Shown here piece after piece: positions 61,063 to 64,000 of a stretch of DNA of 64,000 bases. The stretch lies in assembly GCA_964252035.1 (NCBI GenBank), contig OZ176201.1. One strand, written 5' to 3'. A program made the translations under genes and the position numbers. This DNA comes from Podarcis erhardii (Eukaryota). Under the pieces are notes generated by a model. The model searched no databases and was not told the origin of the DNA. It saw only the letters and a program-made list of their open reading frames with translations. The first letter of the stretch is position 1, and each line of letters starts with the position of its first letter.

Positions 61063-62105
61063 GGGGTCTGAAGGCAAATACCACTCACAGCTGGAGCCTC
61101 CTTATTGGCAAGGAGGAATGGCATGAAGGGCCCCTCGGGGCAACGAAGCAAGCTCCCAACACACAATGCAGAACGCCAATTACGTTTTCTCGGTGTGTCT
61201 TTAATTCTGAGGTAAAACTTTTTTGGTTTTCCTGTAACGGATGCAGGGCACCAGCTCAGCACCGGCCACACACGGACCGGGGGCATGGCACTCCCGCACC
61301 CCACGGCTGCCCTTCTCAGAGCAATACAAATGTTGTTTGCCCACCCACCCAGTCGGTCAGCAAAGGGCATTTTCGCCACCAGAGCTTTCTACTCTCTAGG
61401 TTAAACCCCACTGGCTGGGGAATGCTTTCTCTCCTTCTCTATCGGCTATCCTAAAGAGGCATGTTTTAAACAGCAGCAATTTTCTCCTCACTACAGCAGC
61501 TCCACCAAACCCATCACACCTCTCCTGAGGCCTAAGCAGGCTCCAGGACTCCCATTTTCTAACCGTGCCCCCCTCCCTCCTTACAACAGAAGAGCCAAAC
61601 ACCCCTCTCCCTAATCCTCGCCCAAAAGAATGCCGAATGTGGGCACCTATTCCTCCCTCCTCCCCACCCCCAGGTTACCCTTCGACAACTTTCCCCACCC
61701 TCAAATTCCTGCTTCTGTTTGGGTAGCTAACCCAAGGCACCAAATCGATTCCTGTGTTGGAGATACTTCTGGACAGCAAGGGAAAGGCAGGAGAGGCAAG
61801 GCCTCATGGCAGCCCCCCTACCTTTGCCAGTCCTCACCTCCAGTCACCCATCTGCCTGCGCACAGAAATACTGTCAGTGGGGGGGAAGGTCCTTTTTCAC
61901 TTTTTTGCCCCTTAAAGGGCCAGTGGCACAGATGGGAGAGGTAGGACAGTCTCTTAAATAGTAGGTCTGCTACATCACTGCTAAAGAAATATATATATAT
62001 AAAAACGAGAGGCTGGCGGCTCTTATTTCTCCCTTTCCGCCTATCACCACTGCCTGCTGCACCAGGAACTAGTTTGCGGCTGCAGAGATTCCAGTTGGAG
62101 GCAGC

Positions 62106-62510
62106 CTAGTGCAAGCAGGCCAGCAGACAGAGAGTTATCAGCAACTGGAGTCCCAGGTTACTGCGAAGATAGGGGCCGCCCCCAGGAGGGTTCAGCTGCT
62201 CCTTGCATCCTTTCCCGTGCCATCCCTGGTAACAGTGGCACTGGAAGTGGGCCTTGAGGAAGGCAGTGTCATCCTGAGAGAAGTTCCCCGTGGCCTCAAA
62301 CAGCTGCTTGCCCTGCCCAGGAGCGTTGCGGTGGATCTCGAAGCTGGCTGGGTTGAGATGCAAGAAGACGTCAGTGTTGCTAAAAATGCGCCGGCAGCGC
62401 CCGTGGCCGCTGCACAGAGCGTGGCTGCAGAGTTCGGCAGCTGTGGTCACGTTGACGATGTAACGGCCAAGGCCTTCCTCTATGTAGTTTTTAATCAGCT
62501 GGCACGTTTC
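62106..62510 (-). CDS. HYAL2: HYAL2 last coding exon (134 aa) with EGF-like domain and hydrophobic GPI-signal-like tail; upstream exons lie beyond the window
   Basis: Acceptor aatcctctctgcag (62512-62511). Translates ETCQ.IK.Y....LGRYIVNVTTAAELCS..LC.GHGRCRR...FLHLNPASF...FQCHCYQGW.G.GC, then LGLQLLITLCLLACLH*. Confidence 0.93.
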   Translation of the reverse strand, partial: ETCQLIKNYIEEGLGRYIVNVTTAAELCSHALCSGHGRCRRIFSNTDVFLHLNPASFEIHRNAPGQGKQLFEATGNFSQDDTAFLKAHFQCHCYQGWHGKGCKEQLNPPGGGPYLRSNLGLQLLITLCLLACLH

Positions 62511-64000
62511 CTGCAGAGAGGATTCAAAATTAGCAACAGGAACTGGGAGACTAGCAGCTATAGCCAGGTGGTGAGATTTCACTCTTATTGAATCCCTGAT
62601 GCAAGAAGGTCCAATGGAAGCCTCTATCCATACATCCATCCTGCAATCTAGCAGTTTAGATTTCTGAGCCAAAATACATATCTGAGAGTAAATTCCATTT
62701 ATTTCCATGGAGTTTACTTCTTGGTAAGCATGCATAGGGTTTCTGCCTTGGTCAGTATTTATCCCTTTCTTAAACCCTAATAACACATTACTTATGTGTG
62801 GAGCATTTCTGTGTGGACCCATGCTTCCAAGTCTTGAACCCAGGTCTGCAACCCCCTCAGCTTGCACCCGACTTCGTCTGCAGAGAAAATTCTGAGCATG
62901 AGCACCTGCTTGTGCAAAGGGGCTGCATGCAATCAGGACACCCAGGCATGAAGGAAGAAGGTCTGATGGAGGAGGTGGGGCCAAAAGCCCAGCCCCCTCT
63001 GCTGACATGCCCTACATATGAATAATGCATGAACAGATGGGGCTGTATTTGGTAATGGGAATTTATCACTTCCCTCTTTCAAGAGGATGCACTGAAAAGA
63101 CTTAAGACATCAGATCCGGATGACACAATCCCAATACTAGTCAGTACGGTTGCTTCACATCCTTGTAGGAAACTTGGAAGAACTGTTCCCAGAGCAGCTT
63201 CGCTAAACACGGTGCTTGAAGGCCAGTATAAAGGCAGTGTTTTCAGCTCAATATGGCTACCCACAGCTGTTAGGGTGTAGGCTAGGACTTTCACAGCACA
63301 AGGAGGCCTCCCTCAAGACCAAAAGGCTTGAGTTGTGTACAGCCTCAGACTCTACTATTTACACTGAAAGCAGTTATTGCCCATTATGTACTCTGGACAC
63401 CAAAGGGGGTATCTCTCTATGGTTCCATCTCTTTAGGAAATGATGCATATGCTTGGTATCAACACTGGAATGGCAACTAGTTGAATTCAATACAAGGAAG
63501 TGCTATGGAGGCCTTTGGTGGGGACCATGCCCCCTTGGACAAAGTAGCAAAGCTCCAAGGAAGAGTGTCTTTGTATCCCTCAAAGCCAAAAGCCATTAGT
63601 AGTCAAAAGCCACCCTTCTCCCTCTAGTACCAGGTGGTCATTGCATTGACAGTATCTATCTATCTATCATCTAGCTAGCTAGCTAGCTAGTGTGTATGTG
63701 TATTTATGTATTGCTTAAAACAATAAACAGTGCAGCATGTAAGAGGCAACACGGGATCTGGGATTGAAAATAAAGCAATGGCAGTAAAGAGAAACAATAC
63801 CAGCCATAATACAATACAAGCTAGATCTTTTCAGGGATGCATGAAATAGCCACTCCCTTGGGAGTCATGAGTTGCCAGGGGACCACAATTTGTGCTTGAC
63901 CTATTAATAAAACTTACAGAGGGAAACAAAATTCTGTCAAATTTATCATGTCTTGTCATGCCTCTTATTACTCTGTGGTGGTATGTTAGATGTCCAGAAA

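Noticed and set aside
62511-63008. First ~165 aa of the 300-aa ORF 62106..63008
   Set aside because: Intronic read-through upstream of the HYAL2 acceptor; no hyaluronidase similarity. The expected 90-bp exon was not found within the window.
1-64000. CRISPR arrays, rRNA or tRNA genes, operon-type systems
   Set aside because: This is eukaryotic, intron-containing DNA. Regularly recurring motifs are MITE or SINE copies, and the tRNA-like B-boxes belong to SINE heads.

Overview
This is vertebrate genomic DNA, almost certainly from a squamate reptile (Sauria SINEs and BovB LINE fragments; a lacertid lizard is my guess). The window covers the hyaluronidase cluster homologous to human 3p21.3. All recognisable genes are on the minus strand. 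From right to left: the last coding exon of HYAL2 (GPI-type tail); complete HYAL1 (3 coding exons, 442 aa); a CpG island at ~37.6-38.9 kb that probably drives both NAA80 (single coding exon, 340 aa) and HYAL3 (3 coding exons, 479 aa), which would nest NAA80 in the first HYAL3 intron; and LSMEM2 (4 coding exons, ~180 aa). A second CpG island at ~50.0-51.2 kb carries a probable non-coding HYAL1 first exon. The rest is intron and intergenic DNA dense in transposon relics: 8 TA-flanked pogo/Tigger-like MITEs, a Tc1 MITE, hAT MITEs with 8-bp TSDs, 2 Sauria SINEs, 2 BovB 3' ends and a truncated L1 with a 16-bp TSD. I see no evidence of a wholly new biological system. The most notable departures from the mammalian locus are: (1) LSMEM2 is co-directional with HYAL3 and IFRD2 is not between them; (2) HYAL3 has a canonical-looking active site and a 51-aa, 2-Cys C-terminal tail; (3) a sense-oriented L1 carrying a poly(A) signal sits between HYAL1 and the NAA80/HYAL3 promoter; (4) there are several nested TE insertions. 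Human comparisons are from memory and need checking by alignment.
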